Assembly: GCA_963674855.2 (NCBI GenBank)
Contig: CAXXST010000002.1
Span: 558,887 to 622,886 of the forward strand
DNA from: Dehalococcoidales bacterium
GTDB lineage: Bacteria > Chloroflexota > Dehalococcoidia > Dehalococcoidales > G020351185
Direction of reading: 5' to 3'
Length of the DNA: 64,000 nt
Of the stretch, positions 45,438-54,961 are shown piece by piece (position 1 is the stretch's first letter; the number at the start of each line of letters is the position of its first letter). The position numbers were made by a program, and so were the translations under genes. Below the pieces are notes generated by a model. That model saw only the letters and a list, made by a program, of their open reading frames with translations. It made no database searches and had not been told where the DNA came from.

Positions 45438-46112
45438 GTGGCTAAAACAAAGGTTATGATAATAGACGAGCAGGCATTTTTCAGGGCTGGCGTAAGACAG
45501 GCTTTATCGCAACAGGAAAATATAGAAGTGCTGGAATGCGATCCGAACAACGACACCATCGGCGCTATAGAAGCCAGCCTGCCGGATGTAACCCTGCTGG
45601 GTTCTGATTTGGCGACTCATAGCGGGCTTGACCTGGGGCGTAAGATTGCCAGGAATTTTCCTAATACCAGGGTTATAATACTTAGCCCCGAACCCAATGA
45701 CGAAGACCTTTTTGAAGTTATAAGGAGCGCAGCCGTTGCCTGTCTGCGTAAGAACAGCTCTCCGGAAGAACTTCTTGAAACGGTAAACAGGGCGGCTCAT
45801 GGTGAATACCCGATAAATGAAACTGTTATGACCAGGCCTACGGTGGCAAAACACGTTTTGGAACAGTTCAAGGATATGGAAAAGCTGGGAGATAAGATGG
45901 AAGCAGTGGTGGCGCCGTTAACCCAGCGGGAAACGCAGATATTAAACTATATTGCCGACGGCAATACAAATAAACAGATTGCGCGCATATTAAGCATAAG
46001 CGAGCAGACAATAAAAAACCATGTCAGCGCTATTCTTAGAAAACTTAATGCCAATGATAGGGCGCATGCCGTTGTACTGGCGATAAGGCGCGGCTGGATT
46101 TCGGTGGATTAA
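45438..46112 (+). CDS. NarL/LuxR-family response regulator with atypical receiver
   Basis: C-terminal LuxR HTH (LTQRETQILNYIADGNTNKQIARILSISEQTIKNHVSAILRKL). The receiver has LLGSDL where the phospho-acceptor LLD is expected. Confidence 0.75.
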   Translation: MAKTKVMIIDEQAFFRAGVRQALSQQENIEVLECDPNNDTIGAIEASLPDVTLLGSDLATHSGLDLGRKIARNFPNTRVIILSPEPNDEDLFEVIRSAAVACLRKNSSPEELLETVNRAAHGEYPINETVMTRPTVAKHVLEQFKDMEKLGDKMEAVVAPLTQRETQILNYIADGNTNKQIARILSISEQTIKNHVSAILRKLNANDRAHAVVLAIRRGWISVD

Positions 46113-46131
46113 TAACAAACAGACAAATAAT

Positions 46132-48498
46132 ATGCAAGAGGGTCTAAGAATGACACCAGGTGAAATCGGACAGGCAGAATCCGGGAAAAAAGTGGAGAAC
46201 AGGGTTTTAAGGTATCTTGAAAGCCAGGGATACCATGTGAGCATTGGCGCACAGCGTCAGGGCAAATCCGGGATTATGCATATATTTGACATGCTGGCGG
46301 AACATGACGATGGAATAACCACCAAGATTATGGCTATCTGTATTGCCGAAGGTGGTAACAAAAAGGAAGAAGCCAAAGCCATTTTCAATTTTGCCAACAA
46401 GGCGTATGATGCCGGCATAAAAGACAGAATACTTATCGCTGTGCCGCGGGTAAGCCCGGAAACAAAGCAGATTGCCGGCATACAGCGCATAAAGGTTGTT
46501 GACGAAGAAAAAATTGAATCACTTATTGTACAGATAAAAGAACAGGCGATAAACACCGGCAAAGCATTTACTTTTGAAACAAAAACGCAACTGGTTGAAT
46601 CGCTTACCAATCTTGGCTATGAAGTTGAAGAAAGAGCAAAGATAAAGGGGCGCTCCGGGATAGAATATGAATACGATATATTAGCTCGTGGCAACGGCAG
46701 CCGCATCGGTCATGTGCTGGGAGTGGATATTATGAGTGGTGGAGACAAGATAGGATTGGAAAAAGTGTCCCTTTATGATACCAAAGCATATGATACATCA
46801 ATTGATGATAAGGTGATTGCCCTTATGAATGCTGAGCTGACGCTTGAAGCCAGGCAGTTTGTGCAGCACCAGGGGATAAAGATACTTGAACTGGGCAAAA
46901 CACATGCCAGTGAAGGGGAGGATAAGGCAGAAGAAGGTAAAGTTGGGGAAAATGGTGGAGAAGGGAAAACAGATACAAAGGAAGAAAAGAAGGTAAAAAG
47001 GCTTCTGAGAAAAGAAGTGAAAACTGAAGCAGTGCAGCTAATACCAGAGGTGCTTGCCAGGAGATATAACGCCATACCGATGACAATAAGCGGCAAGACG
47101 CTGGAAGTGGCGATGGCAGACCCAACCGATATTCTTGCACTGGAAGCCTTTGCAATACAAAGCAAAATGCGTATCAAGCCGATAGCCGGTGACGCAAAAG
47201 AAATCAGGGACGCCATTGATGCCAGCTATAAAGGCTATGGAGAAATTGAGAAAAAGATATCAAATATTGCTATCGGTAGTGATATAACCGATGAAATGAC
47301 GGCGCTGGACGCCGCTATAGATGCGCCGCTGGCGCAAGCCCTTAACCTTATAATAGATGAAGCTGTAAAAGCGCGTGCGTCAGATGTTCACATAGAGCCG
47401 GAAGAAAGCCGCCTGAGGGTGCGCTATCGTATTGATGGCACACTACAGGATATGATGTCATTGCCTATGGATATCCACGCCGCAATAGTTTCACGCATAA
47501 AAATATTATCCAACATGAATATAGCTGACCACCACCGGCCCCAGGACGGGCAGTTTTCAACTGTAGCTAAAGGCAGGGAGATAGATATCAGGGTGGCAAC
47601 AGCGCCTACAGTATATGGTGAAATGGCAGTGTTGCGTTTGCTGGATAAATCAACAGCGGCGATGGATATGTCGGAACTTGGTATGATGGCGGGAAGTAAA
47701 GAAAAATATGAAAAACTGCTTAAGATTCCATATGGAATGATACTTATAAGCGGACCTACAGGCGCTGGTAAAACGACAACGCTATACGCTTCCATTAGTT
47801 CTCTGGATACGATGGGCAGAAATGTTATAACCGTAGAAGATCCGGCAGAATACAGGTTTCCGGATATAAACCAGATTCAGGTAAATCCGCAGGCAGGTAT
47901 AACCTTTGCCAGTGGCTTGCGCTCCATATTGCGTCTTGACCCGGATGTAATACTGGTTGGTGAGATACGTGATGCTGAAACAGCCAATATTGCTGTTCAG
48001 GCGGCTTTAACCGGACATCTGATGCTTTCATCCATTCATGCCAATGATACCGTAGGGGTAATGTTCCGGCTTATTGACCTTGGCGTAGAGCCGTATCTCA
48101 TAGCATCGGCGGTTATCGGTATAGTGGCGCAGCGCATGGTGCGCCGCATTTGCCCGGACTGTATGCAGGAGATTGAAGCTCCGCTGGTAGAGCAGTTGGC
48201 GTATGAAAGGGAAATTGGCGAAAAAAGGAAAAAGTTCGTATATGCCGCCGGTTGTCCCACCTGCGCTTATACCGGCTATATAGGAAGGATAGGTATATTT
48301 GAAATAATGCCTATGAGCGATACCATACGCCGGATGCTTATAAAAGGGTTAGGCTCTGCGGATATCAGAGACCAGGCAATAAAGGAAGGCATGGTAACAA
48401 TGATGGGTGACGGCATGACAAAGGTAAAAGAGGGCATGACGACACCTTCAGAGGTTTTGCGCAGCGCTTATTCTGTTGAATCAGTAGAACAAATGTAG
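46132..48498 (+). CDS. pilB: Type IV pilus assembly ATPase (PilB/GspE family) with two extra N-terminal endonuclease-fold-like modules
   Basis: T2SSE_N-like region (LIPEVLARRYNAIPM..), Walker A GPTGAGKTT, Walker B DPDVILVGEIRD and a tetracysteine CPDC..CPTC. The N-terminal ~290 aa is additional to the usual architecture. Confidence 0.85.
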   Translation: MQEGLRMTPGEIGQAESGKKVENRVLRYLESQGYHVSIGAQRQGKSGIMHIFDMLAEHDDGITTKIMAICIAEGGNKKEEAKAIFNFANKAYDAGIKDRILIAVPRVSPETKQIAGIQRIKVVDEEKIESLIVQIKEQAINTGKAFTFETKTQLVESLTNLGYEVEERAKIKGRSGIEYEYDILARGNGSRIGHVLGVDIMSGGDKIGLEKVSLYDTKAYDTSIDDKVIALMNAELTLEARQFVQHQGIKILELGKTHASEGEDKAEEGKVGENGGEGKTDTKEEKKVKRLLRKEVKTEAVQLIPEVLARRYNAIPMTISGKTLEVAMADPTDILALEAFAIQSKMRIKPIAGDAKEIRDAIDASYKGYGEIEKKISNIAIGSDITDEMTALDAAIDAPLAQALNLIIDEAVKARASDVHIEPEESRLRVRYRIDGTLQDMMSLPMDIHAAIVSRIKILSNMNIADHHRPQDGQFSTVAKGREIDIRVATAPTVYGEMAVLRLLDKSTAAMDMSELGMMAGSKEKYEKLLKIPYGMILISGPTGAGKTTTLYASISSLDTMGRNVITVEDPAEYRFPDINQIQVNPQAGITFASGLRSILRLDPDVILVGEIRDAETANIAVQAALTGHLMLSSIHANDTVGVMFRLIDLGVEPYLIASAVIGIVAQRMVRRICPDCMQEIEAPLVEQLAYEREIGEKRKKFVYAAGCPTCAYTGYIGRIGIFEIMPMSDTIRRMLIKGLGSADIRDQAIKEGMVTMMGDGMTKVKEGMTTPSEVLRSAYSVESVEQM

Positions 48499-48513
48499 TA
48501 AAGGTGAAATGAT

Positions 48514-49722
48514 ATGGATTACTCTTATGTAGCTTATACAAAAGAAAAGAAAATGGTGAAAGGCAAGCTTTCGGCTACCAGTGAAGAAGCTGCCATGAAC
48601 CTGCTTAGCTATGGCGGTTATCAGGTTATAAAAATAAAGCAGTACACACCCATTATAAACCTGGGCAAATTGTTAAATATGTTCAGGCGGGTAAATCAGA
48701 AAGAGACAGTAATGTTTTCGCGCCAGTTGGCGTTGCTTTTGGAATCAGGCACAGATATTGTTGCCTCTCTGGAACTGTTGCAGCATCAGGTAACAAATAA
48801 AATCCTAAAAAAGGCAATAAGTGAGATAGTAGATGACATTCGCAGTGGCAGTTCATTATCGGTGGCATTAAGAAAACACCCTAACGTATTTTCTCAGGTG
48901 TATGCAAAGGCAATTGCGGCTGGCGAAAAAAGCGGTAATCTGGAGGTTGTGCTGAGGCAAATGGCTGGTTTCATGGAAAGAAGCGTGATAACCGAAAAAA
49001 AGATTAAAGGCGCTATGACGTATCCCATTATAGTTGTATTTGTGGCGATAATTGTTGTAGTGGTGATGGTTACATTTATTTTGCCTTCTTTCACTGTGCT
49101 TTATACATCATTTGGCTCTGAACAGCCAACGGCAGTGAAGGTTCTTTTGGGCACGACCGATTGGTTGAAAGCTAACGGAATATATTTATTAGGAGGAGTT
49201 GTTGCCGCGGTTGTTGCCATCGTATTATATTTTCGCACCCCGAACGGTCAATATATGCGGGATAAGATTTTATTGCGAGCTCCCATACTGGGGCGAATTC
49301 TGCAACTGGGCGAACTTTCACGGAGCTGCCGCACCATATCTTTGCTCTTCCATGTCGGTTTGCCCTTGCCGGAAATACTTACCCTGGCGATTCAGGGCAG
49401 CGGCAACAAGGTTATCGCTGAAGCATTCACTGAGGTGCAGCGTGAATTGATAAGGGGTGAGGGATTATCCAAACCGATGTCAAAGAGAAGTGTGTTTCTG
49501 CCGCTTATGGTGCAGATGACAAATGTCGGTGAAGAGACCGGAAATCTGGATAGCACGCTTATAACCGTAGCTGAAAGCTATGAAATGGAAGCTGATGACC
49601 GCACTAGCAGCGCCATAGGCATGATCCAGCCGGTTATAACTGTAGTAATCGGTATAATGGTAGGATTTTTGGCAATGACACTGGTATCAGCTATGTACTC
49701 CGTCTATGGCGGATTGGAATAA
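48514..49722 (+). CDS. pilC: Type IV pilus platform protein (PilC/GspF family)
   Basis: 402 aa with two GspF-type repeats and three transmembrane segments. Follows pilB. Confidence 0.85.
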   Translation: MDYSYVAYTKEKKMVKGKLSATSEEAAMNLLSYGGYQVIKIKQYTPIINLGKLLNMFRRVNQKETVMFSRQLALLLESGTDIVASLELLQHQVTNKILKKAISEIVDDIRSGSSLSVALRKHPNVFSQVYAKAIAAGEKSGNLEVVLRQMAGFMERSVITEKKIKGAMTYPIIVVFVAIIVVVVMVTFILPSFTVLYTSFGSEQPTAVKVLLGTTDWLKANGIYLLGGVVAAVVAIVLYFRTPNGQYMRDKILLRAPILGRILQLGELSRSCRTISLLFHVGLPLPEILTLAIQGSGNKVIAEAFTEVQRELIRGEGLSKPMSKRSVFLPLMVQMTNVGEETGNLDSTLITVAESYEMEADDRTSSAIGMIQPVITVVIGIMVGFLAMTLVSAMYSVYGGLE

Positions 49723-50188
49723 AACAATGTTAAAGGAAATTAAAAAAAGTGAAAGGGGCGTTTCGCTTATAGAAGTGCTTATAGCCTTGGTTATACTTGG
49801 CGTGGTAGCAGTTGGCTTTTTGGCAGCTTTAAACAATTCCGGTAATTCAGTTTCAATGGCTGATGAAAGAGCTACGGCGGAAAGCCTGGCAAGGAGCCAG
49901 CTAGAGTATGCCAGGCAACAGATATATCTGCCGGCGCCCCTTGACGGTGAGACGGAATACCTGAAAGTGGATATGTCTGCTCATCCCAATTACGAAATAA
50001 AAAGTGTAACCCGCAGCGGAAGCGAAGAGGTCAATAATCTGGCTGATGAGGTTATAGCTGTTCCCTGGGACAGCGAAAACAACACTGCGGAAAGCAGTGA
50101 CATAGGTTTACAGAGGATAAAGCTTGTTATCCTGCATAACGGTAATATAGTCTTGATGATGGAAAGCTATAAAACAAACCGTAATTAA
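49706..50188 (+). CDS. Prepilin-type N-terminal cleavage/methylation domain protein (minor pilin)
   Basis: ERG-VSLIEVLIALVILGVVAVGF class III signal. The start is probably the internal Met at 49727. Confidence 0.65.
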   Translation: MADWNKTMLKEIKKSERGVSLIEVLIALVILGVVAVGFLAALNNSGNSVSMADERATAESLARSQLEYARQQIYLPAPLDGETEYLKVDMSAHPNYEIKSVTRSGSEEVNNLADEVIAVPWDSENNTAESSDIGLQRIKLVILHNGNIVLMMESYKTNRN

Positions 50189-50199
50189 AGAGTAGAAAT

Positions 50200-50742
50200 A
50201 TGTTTAATAAATTATTAAAAGTTTTAAGGATAAAACACAATAAGCAGCAGGGCTTCACATTGATAGAGCTGATGGTAGCGCTGGCTGTATCCTCAATTAT
50301 ATTAAGCGGCATTACGGTGACTATATACCAGATAGTCAGTATAAACGCTTTGGCATCAAACAGGATGTATGCAGTTAATCAGGTGCAGAATGCCGGTTAC
50401 TGGATAAGCAATGATGCCGAAATGGCGCATGCCATAGACGTTAATGATGATATCGGCACCCCTGATTTAGAGTTAGTTACCATAGATTGGGTTGACTGGG
50501 ACGGGAATACGCATAAGTCAGTTTATACTCTGGCTGGCGGTATTATAAAACGGTCTTACATTTTAAATCTGGGAACGCCGGTTGAGACGATAATAGCTCA
50601 AAATATTAACCCCTCTACAAGCTGTGTATTAGATGAAACATATTATAAAAGGCTTATTGTAACGCTTTCGGCAACCGTAGGCGGCTTCAAGCCGGTAACG
50701 GTTAACAGGATATATGAAACTATTCCAAGACCAAGTGTATAA
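50200..50742 (+). CDS. Prepilin-type minor pilin (PilW/PulJ-like)
   Basis: QQG-FTLIELMVALAVSSIILSG N-terminal methylation motif. Confidence 0.7.
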   Translation: MFNKLLKVLRIKHNKQQGFTLIELMVALAVSSIILSGITVTIYQIVSINALASNRMYAVNQVQNAGYWISNDAEMAHAIDVNDDIGTPDLELVTIDWVDWDGNTHKSVYTLAGGIIKRSYILNLGTPVETIIAQNINPSTSCVLDETYYKRLIVTLSATVGGFKPVTVNRIYETIPRPSV

Positions 50743-50748
50743 GGGGGA

Positions 50749-53700
50749 GTGGGGAAAATGAAAAGCATATTAAAAAAGATAAAAGACGAAACAGGGCAAG
50801 CATTTATTCTTGTGCTTATATTGCTGGCTGTGGGTGGGGCTATCCTTACGCCGCTGTTATCGCATATGGGGACAGGGATGAAGACCGAAATTCTCTATGA
50901 AGAAAGGGCGGACGAATTTCATTCCGCCGATAGTGGGGTGGAAGACGCACTGTGGCAGATAAAATATGATAACCTGGCAAACAAGTTCACATCGCCGGCA
51001 TACAATCCATATAATTACGACATATTCGGCGGCGGATACGCATATGATACCCCGCTGGACATAAACAGCAGGGATGTGGATGTTACCATAACAAATATAT
51101 GGATACCAAAAATAGACCCGGATCCCGTAGCACAGGGATTTACCAGCGGCAGTATGCAAAGCATTGTAGAGGCGGGTAATATCATAGTAGCCGGTACGAT
51201 AGCCGGGCCGACAACTTACCAGATAAAGATAAGCTATACACCCTTGCCAGGGGAGACTTTGCGTGTATCGGATATTGGTATATGGCTGCCAACCGGTTTT
51301 ACTTATGTAGAAGAGTCAAGCAATCTGGAAGAAAACGAGCTTTTTACATATTATCCCTCAGATGTAGATATAACTTCTCACGCTGGCGGACAGGCTATAA
51401 TCTGGCATTATGATAATCCGGGCATACTTTTCAACAGCCTGCCCGAAGTTGAAACAAGCACAACGCCATGGCTGGCTGAGATAACATTTGAATTTGATGG
51501 ACCGCCGGGAAGGGTTCCGGAAGCGGTTGCATGGATGGTAACCTCGCCGGCCAGCATCAGCGGCGCTGAACAAATACAACCCTTTGCCTGGGATGCCGAT
51601 GTTAAGGTGTTTCTTATAGAATCTACCGCTGGCAGTGTTGATATTGATGCTTATGCAATAAAAAGTGAATTAAGAGAGGTTCAGGGCGCTATAGCCGGGG
51701 ATTACCGCGCGGTTGGTAACAGCCTGATGGCCGCCTCTTGGAATGAAAGATATCGGGATACATTGCTTGACGATAGTTCGGCTACGGTTAGCGATATCCC
51801 CGAAGACGCAAACGTGGCAGCCGCTTATCTATACTGGTCAGCCTGGATGCAGGGTAATATAACGCTGCAGAAAATCGGCGATTCTATATGGGAAGACGAT
51901 TGCGACGAGTTCGGCACATTTACATCTATATGGTCTGACGACTGCTCTGCATATGGTACATATACCCCGGTGTGGTCTGATGACTGCTCTGCATATGGTA
52001 CATATACCTCGGTGTGGTCTGATGACTGCTCAAGCCTGGGGACATGGAATTCAATATGGCAAGAAAACTGCTCAAGCTTTGATGATGCGGCATACACCTG
52101 GAGTGATGGTAGCCAATGGATAATCTATGGCGGTGAATTCAGGGGGCAGGGTGGTGGCATTTCAGGCAGCAGAACGCTGACACTGGCGCAGAATATTGAT
52201 TTAAGCGCCTACGCCGGGCAGACGGTTAATATAAGCTGGGATCAGGATGCCAGTAATCCTGTTGACTGGAATGATTACCTCTACTTCGCTATTTCAAATG
52301 ATGGCGGCGGAAGCTGGAGCAGCGACATGGAAGCCTTCCATGATGATGATCCGCTAAGCCCCTTCATCTATACCATCCCCCAGTCATATCTGACCAGCCA
52401 GTTCCGAATAAGGTATTACTGGGCAGCAGGAAGTTCTAATGAATACTGCTATCTTGATAATATAGGCATATCCGCCCTGGTTAGCAGCAACTGGTCAGCA
52501 GGCAGCCATTGGACAGTAAACGGTGGACAGTTCCAGGGGCAGGGTGGCGGCACCACAGATGACAGGACGCTTACCCGTATAACAGATATAGACTTAAGCG
52601 CCTATGCCGGACAGACAGTAAACATAGGCTGGGACCAGAGTGAATACGGCTATATAGACTGGGATGATTACCTCTACTTCGCTATTTCAAACGATGGCGG
52701 CAGTAGCTGGAGCAGCAATATAGAAGCCTTCCATGATGATAATCCGTCAAGCCCCTTCAGCTATACCATCCCCCAGTCATATCTGACCAGCCAGTTCCGC
52801 ATAAGGTTTTTATGGAGCGCTGATAGCACCAGTGAATACTGCTATATAGATAACATAGAAATAGGCACACTGACGGGTGACTGGTCACCCGGAGCCAACT
52901 GGACTATCTCCAGCGGACAGTTCCAGGGGCAAGGTGGCGGCACCACAGATGACAGAACAGTAACCCGTGTGACGGATATAGATCTAAGCGCCTATTCAGG
53001 ACAGACAGTAAACATAGGCTGGGACCAGAGTGAATACGGCTATATAGACTGGGATGATTACCTTTACTTCGCCATATCCAATGATGGAGGCGGCAGCTGG
53101 AGCAGCAATATAGAAGCCTTCCACGACGATAATCCGTCAAGCCCCTTCAGCTATACCATCCCCCAGTCATATCTGACCAGCCAGTTTCGCATAAGGTTTT
53201 TATGGAGCGCTGATAGCACAAGTAAATACTGCTATATAGATAACATAGGAATAGGCACACTGACGGGTGACTGGTCACCCGGAGCCAACTGGACTATCTC
53301 CAGCGGACAGTTCCAGGGACAGGGTGGCGGAACAACCGATGACAGAACGGTAACACGTATAACGGATATAGACTTAAGCGCCTATGCCGGACAGACGGTA
53401 AACATAGGCTGGGACCAGAGTGAATACGGCTATATAGACTGGGATGATTACCTCTACTTCGCTATATCCAACGATGGCGGCAGCAGCTGGAGCAGCAATA
53501 TAGAAGCCTTCCACGACGATAATCCGTCAAGCCCCTTCAGCTATACCATCCCCCAGTCATATCTGACCAGCCAGTTCCGCATAAGGTTTTTATGGAGCGC
53601 TGATAGCACAAGTGAATACTGCTATATAGATAACATAGAAATAGGCACAATGTCAGGTGACTGGTCACCCGGAGCCAACTGGACTATCTACGGTAGTGAC

Positions 53701-54918
53701 CAGTTTATGGGGCAGGGTGGCGGCACAACTGCCCAGAGAACGCTGACGATGATAACGGATATAGACCTGAGCGCATATTCAGGCAGTTCAGTAGCTATTT
53801 TCTGGAACCAGCGTGAAACAGGATACCTGTGGCCAAGCGAAGGGCTTTACTTTGCCATCTCTGGCAACGGTGGCAGCAGCTGGAGTTCCAATGAAATAGC
53901 CTTTACCGGTGAAATTGGCAGCACGGCGCAGGAGTTCAGCTTTATAATACCGGAGGTTTATCTTACGGAAAACTTCCGCATAAGGTTTTTCACGCAAGAC
54001 AGTGATTCAGGGGATGCGGTCTATATTGATGACCTGGCTATATATGAGATAGAGGAGCCAACGATAGCCGACCCCACCGCCAAATTGTGGATAGACGGCC
54101 AGCAGGTATATTTTGACGGAGATGGCAATCCGGCAGAAGGTAATGACGTTCTAAACGCCGAGCTGATACAGGTAATAGAAAACACCAGTAGTGGTACTCC
54201 GCACGGTTATTCATATTCCTGTAAGCTGGATGTAACTGACCTTATACTGGAATATAGCGCCGAAGTCGGCGGTGGTTACCGTCCAGGCAATGCAGTATAT
54301 ACCGTTGGAGATGTCTTTGGAGATGCCGCCGGTACCGGTACTGTTTCACCTTATGAAGAATGGGCTTATGCCGGCTGGTCGCTGGTAATCATATACACCA
54401 GCCCGGAAACTGCCGGACACCGGATGTACCTTTACGATAATCTGGTCTATTGCGATTCTAGTACCAACCTTGATTTTGACGCAGACGGGCAGCCCGGCGG
54501 TACTATAACCGGTTTCCTGGTGCCGGAAATGATTACCGGCGAAGGACCAACGGATAATGCTGCTAAAATAACCTGCTTTGTTTGTGAGGGGGATGATGAG
54601 TACGACGGTGATTTTATAGCCTTGAATGCGCCCGATAATGATCCGCCTGCAAGCATATCCGATGCCTATAAGCTGTGGGACGGGACAGGCGGCAGTTTGA
54701 ATGATGTATGGAACAGCAGGTCAATCGGGTTAAGCGAAACAGGTGTGGATATAGATACCTTTAACGTAACCTGGGGCAGCGGGCTGATAAGCCCGGGGGA
54801 TACATCCGCCCAGATAGATATGTATACCAATATTGATATCTGGAATTTCATTTACATAATTATGTCCTTCCGCAGTGAAACAGCGACGGGGGGAACAACA
54901 ACCTATCTTATATACTAA
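50749..54918 (+). CDS. Giant PilX-like pilus-associated surface protein with tandem beta-sandwich-like repeats
   Basis: N-terminus ETGQAFILVLILLAVGGAIL resembles PilX N-terminal helices. Five 14-aa WxDDC repeats, five ~130-aa repeats each with an Asp-box (SNDGGSSW), then a ~290-aa unique C-terminus. Confidence 0.7.
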   Translation: MGKMKSILKKIKDETGQAFILVLILLAVGGAILTPLLSHMGTGMKTEILYEERADEFHSADSGVEDALWQIKYDNLANKFTSPAYNPYNYDIFGGGYAYDTPLDINSRDVDVTITNIWIPKIDPDPVAQGFTSGSMQSIVEAGNIIVAGTIAGPTTYQIKISYTPLPGETLRVSDIGIWLPTGFTYVEESSNLEENELFTYYPSDVDITSHAGGQAIIWHYDNPGILFNSLPEVETSTTPWLAEITFEFDGPPGRVPEAVAWMVTSPASISGAEQIQPFAWDADVKVFLIESTAGSVDIDAYAIKSELREVQGAIAGDYRAVGNSLMAASWNERYRDTLLDDSSATVSDIPEDANVAAAYLYWSAWMQGNITLQKIGDSIWEDDCDEFGTFTSIWSDDCSAYGTYTPVWSDDCSAYGTYTSVWSDDCSSLGTWNSIWQENCSSFDDAAYTWSDGSQWIIYGGEFRGQGGGISGSRTLTLAQNIDLSAYAGQTVNISWDQDASNPVDWNDYLYFAISNDGGGSWSSDMEAFHDDDPLSPFIYTIPQSYLTSQFRIRYYWAAGSSNEYCYLDNIGISALVSSNWSAGSHWTVNGGQFQGQGGGTTDDRTLTRITDIDLSAYAGQTVNIGWDQSEYGYIDWDDYLYFAISNDGGSSWSSNIEAFHDDNPSSPFSYTIPQSYLTSQFRIRFLWSADSTSEYCYIDNIEIGTLTGDWSPGANWTISSGQFQGQGGGTTDDRTVTRVTDIDLSAYSGQTVNIGWDQSEYGYIDWDDYLYFAISNDGGGSWSSNIEAFHDDNPSSPFSYTIPQSYLTSQFRIRFLWSADSTSKYCYIDNIGIGTLTGDWSPGANWTISSGQFQGQGGGTTDDRTVTRITDIDLSAYAGQTVNIGWDQSEYGYIDWDDYLYFAISNDGGSSWSSNIEAFHDDNPSSPFSYTIPQSYLTSQFRIRFLWSADSTSEYCYIDNIEIGTMSGDWSPGANWTIYGSDQFMGQGGGTTAQRTLTMITDIDLSAYSGSSVAIFWNQRETGYLWPSEGLYFAISGNGGSSWSSNEIAFTGEIGSTAQEFSFIIPEVYLTENFRIRFFTQDSDSGDAVYIDDLAIYEIEEPTIADPTAKLWIDGQQVYFDGDGNPAEGNDVLNAELIQVIENTSSGTPHGYSYSCKLDVTDLILEYSAEVGGGYRPGNAVYTVGDVFGDAAGTGTVSPYEEWAYAGWSLVIIYTSPETAGHRMYLYDNLVYCDSSTNLDFDADGQPGGTITGFLVPEMITGEGPTDNAAKITCFVCEGDDEYDGDFIALNAPDNDPPASISDAYKLWDGTGGSLNDVWNSRSIGLSETGVDIDTFNVTWGSGLISPGDTSAQIDMYTNIDIWNFIYIIMSFRSETATGGTTTYLIY
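51889..52098 (+). repeat. 42-bp (14-aa) tandem repeat x5, W-(S/E)-(D/E)-(D/N)-C core
   Basis: WEDDCDEFGTFTSI / WSDDCSAYGTYTPV / WSDDCSAYGTYTSV / WSDDCSSLGTWNSI / WQENCSSFDDAAYT. Confidence 0.85.
52099..54054 (+). repeat. ~390-bp (130-aa) tandem repeat x5 inside the giant ORF
   Basis: The repeat-initial Trp codon falls at 52099, 52492, 52882, 53272 and 53662. Copies 2-4 are nearly identical; copies 1 and 5 are diverged. Confidence 0.9.
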
Positions 54919-54961
54919 AAAGAGAGACAAGGTTTTATAAATAACTGAACGGGAGAAAAAT

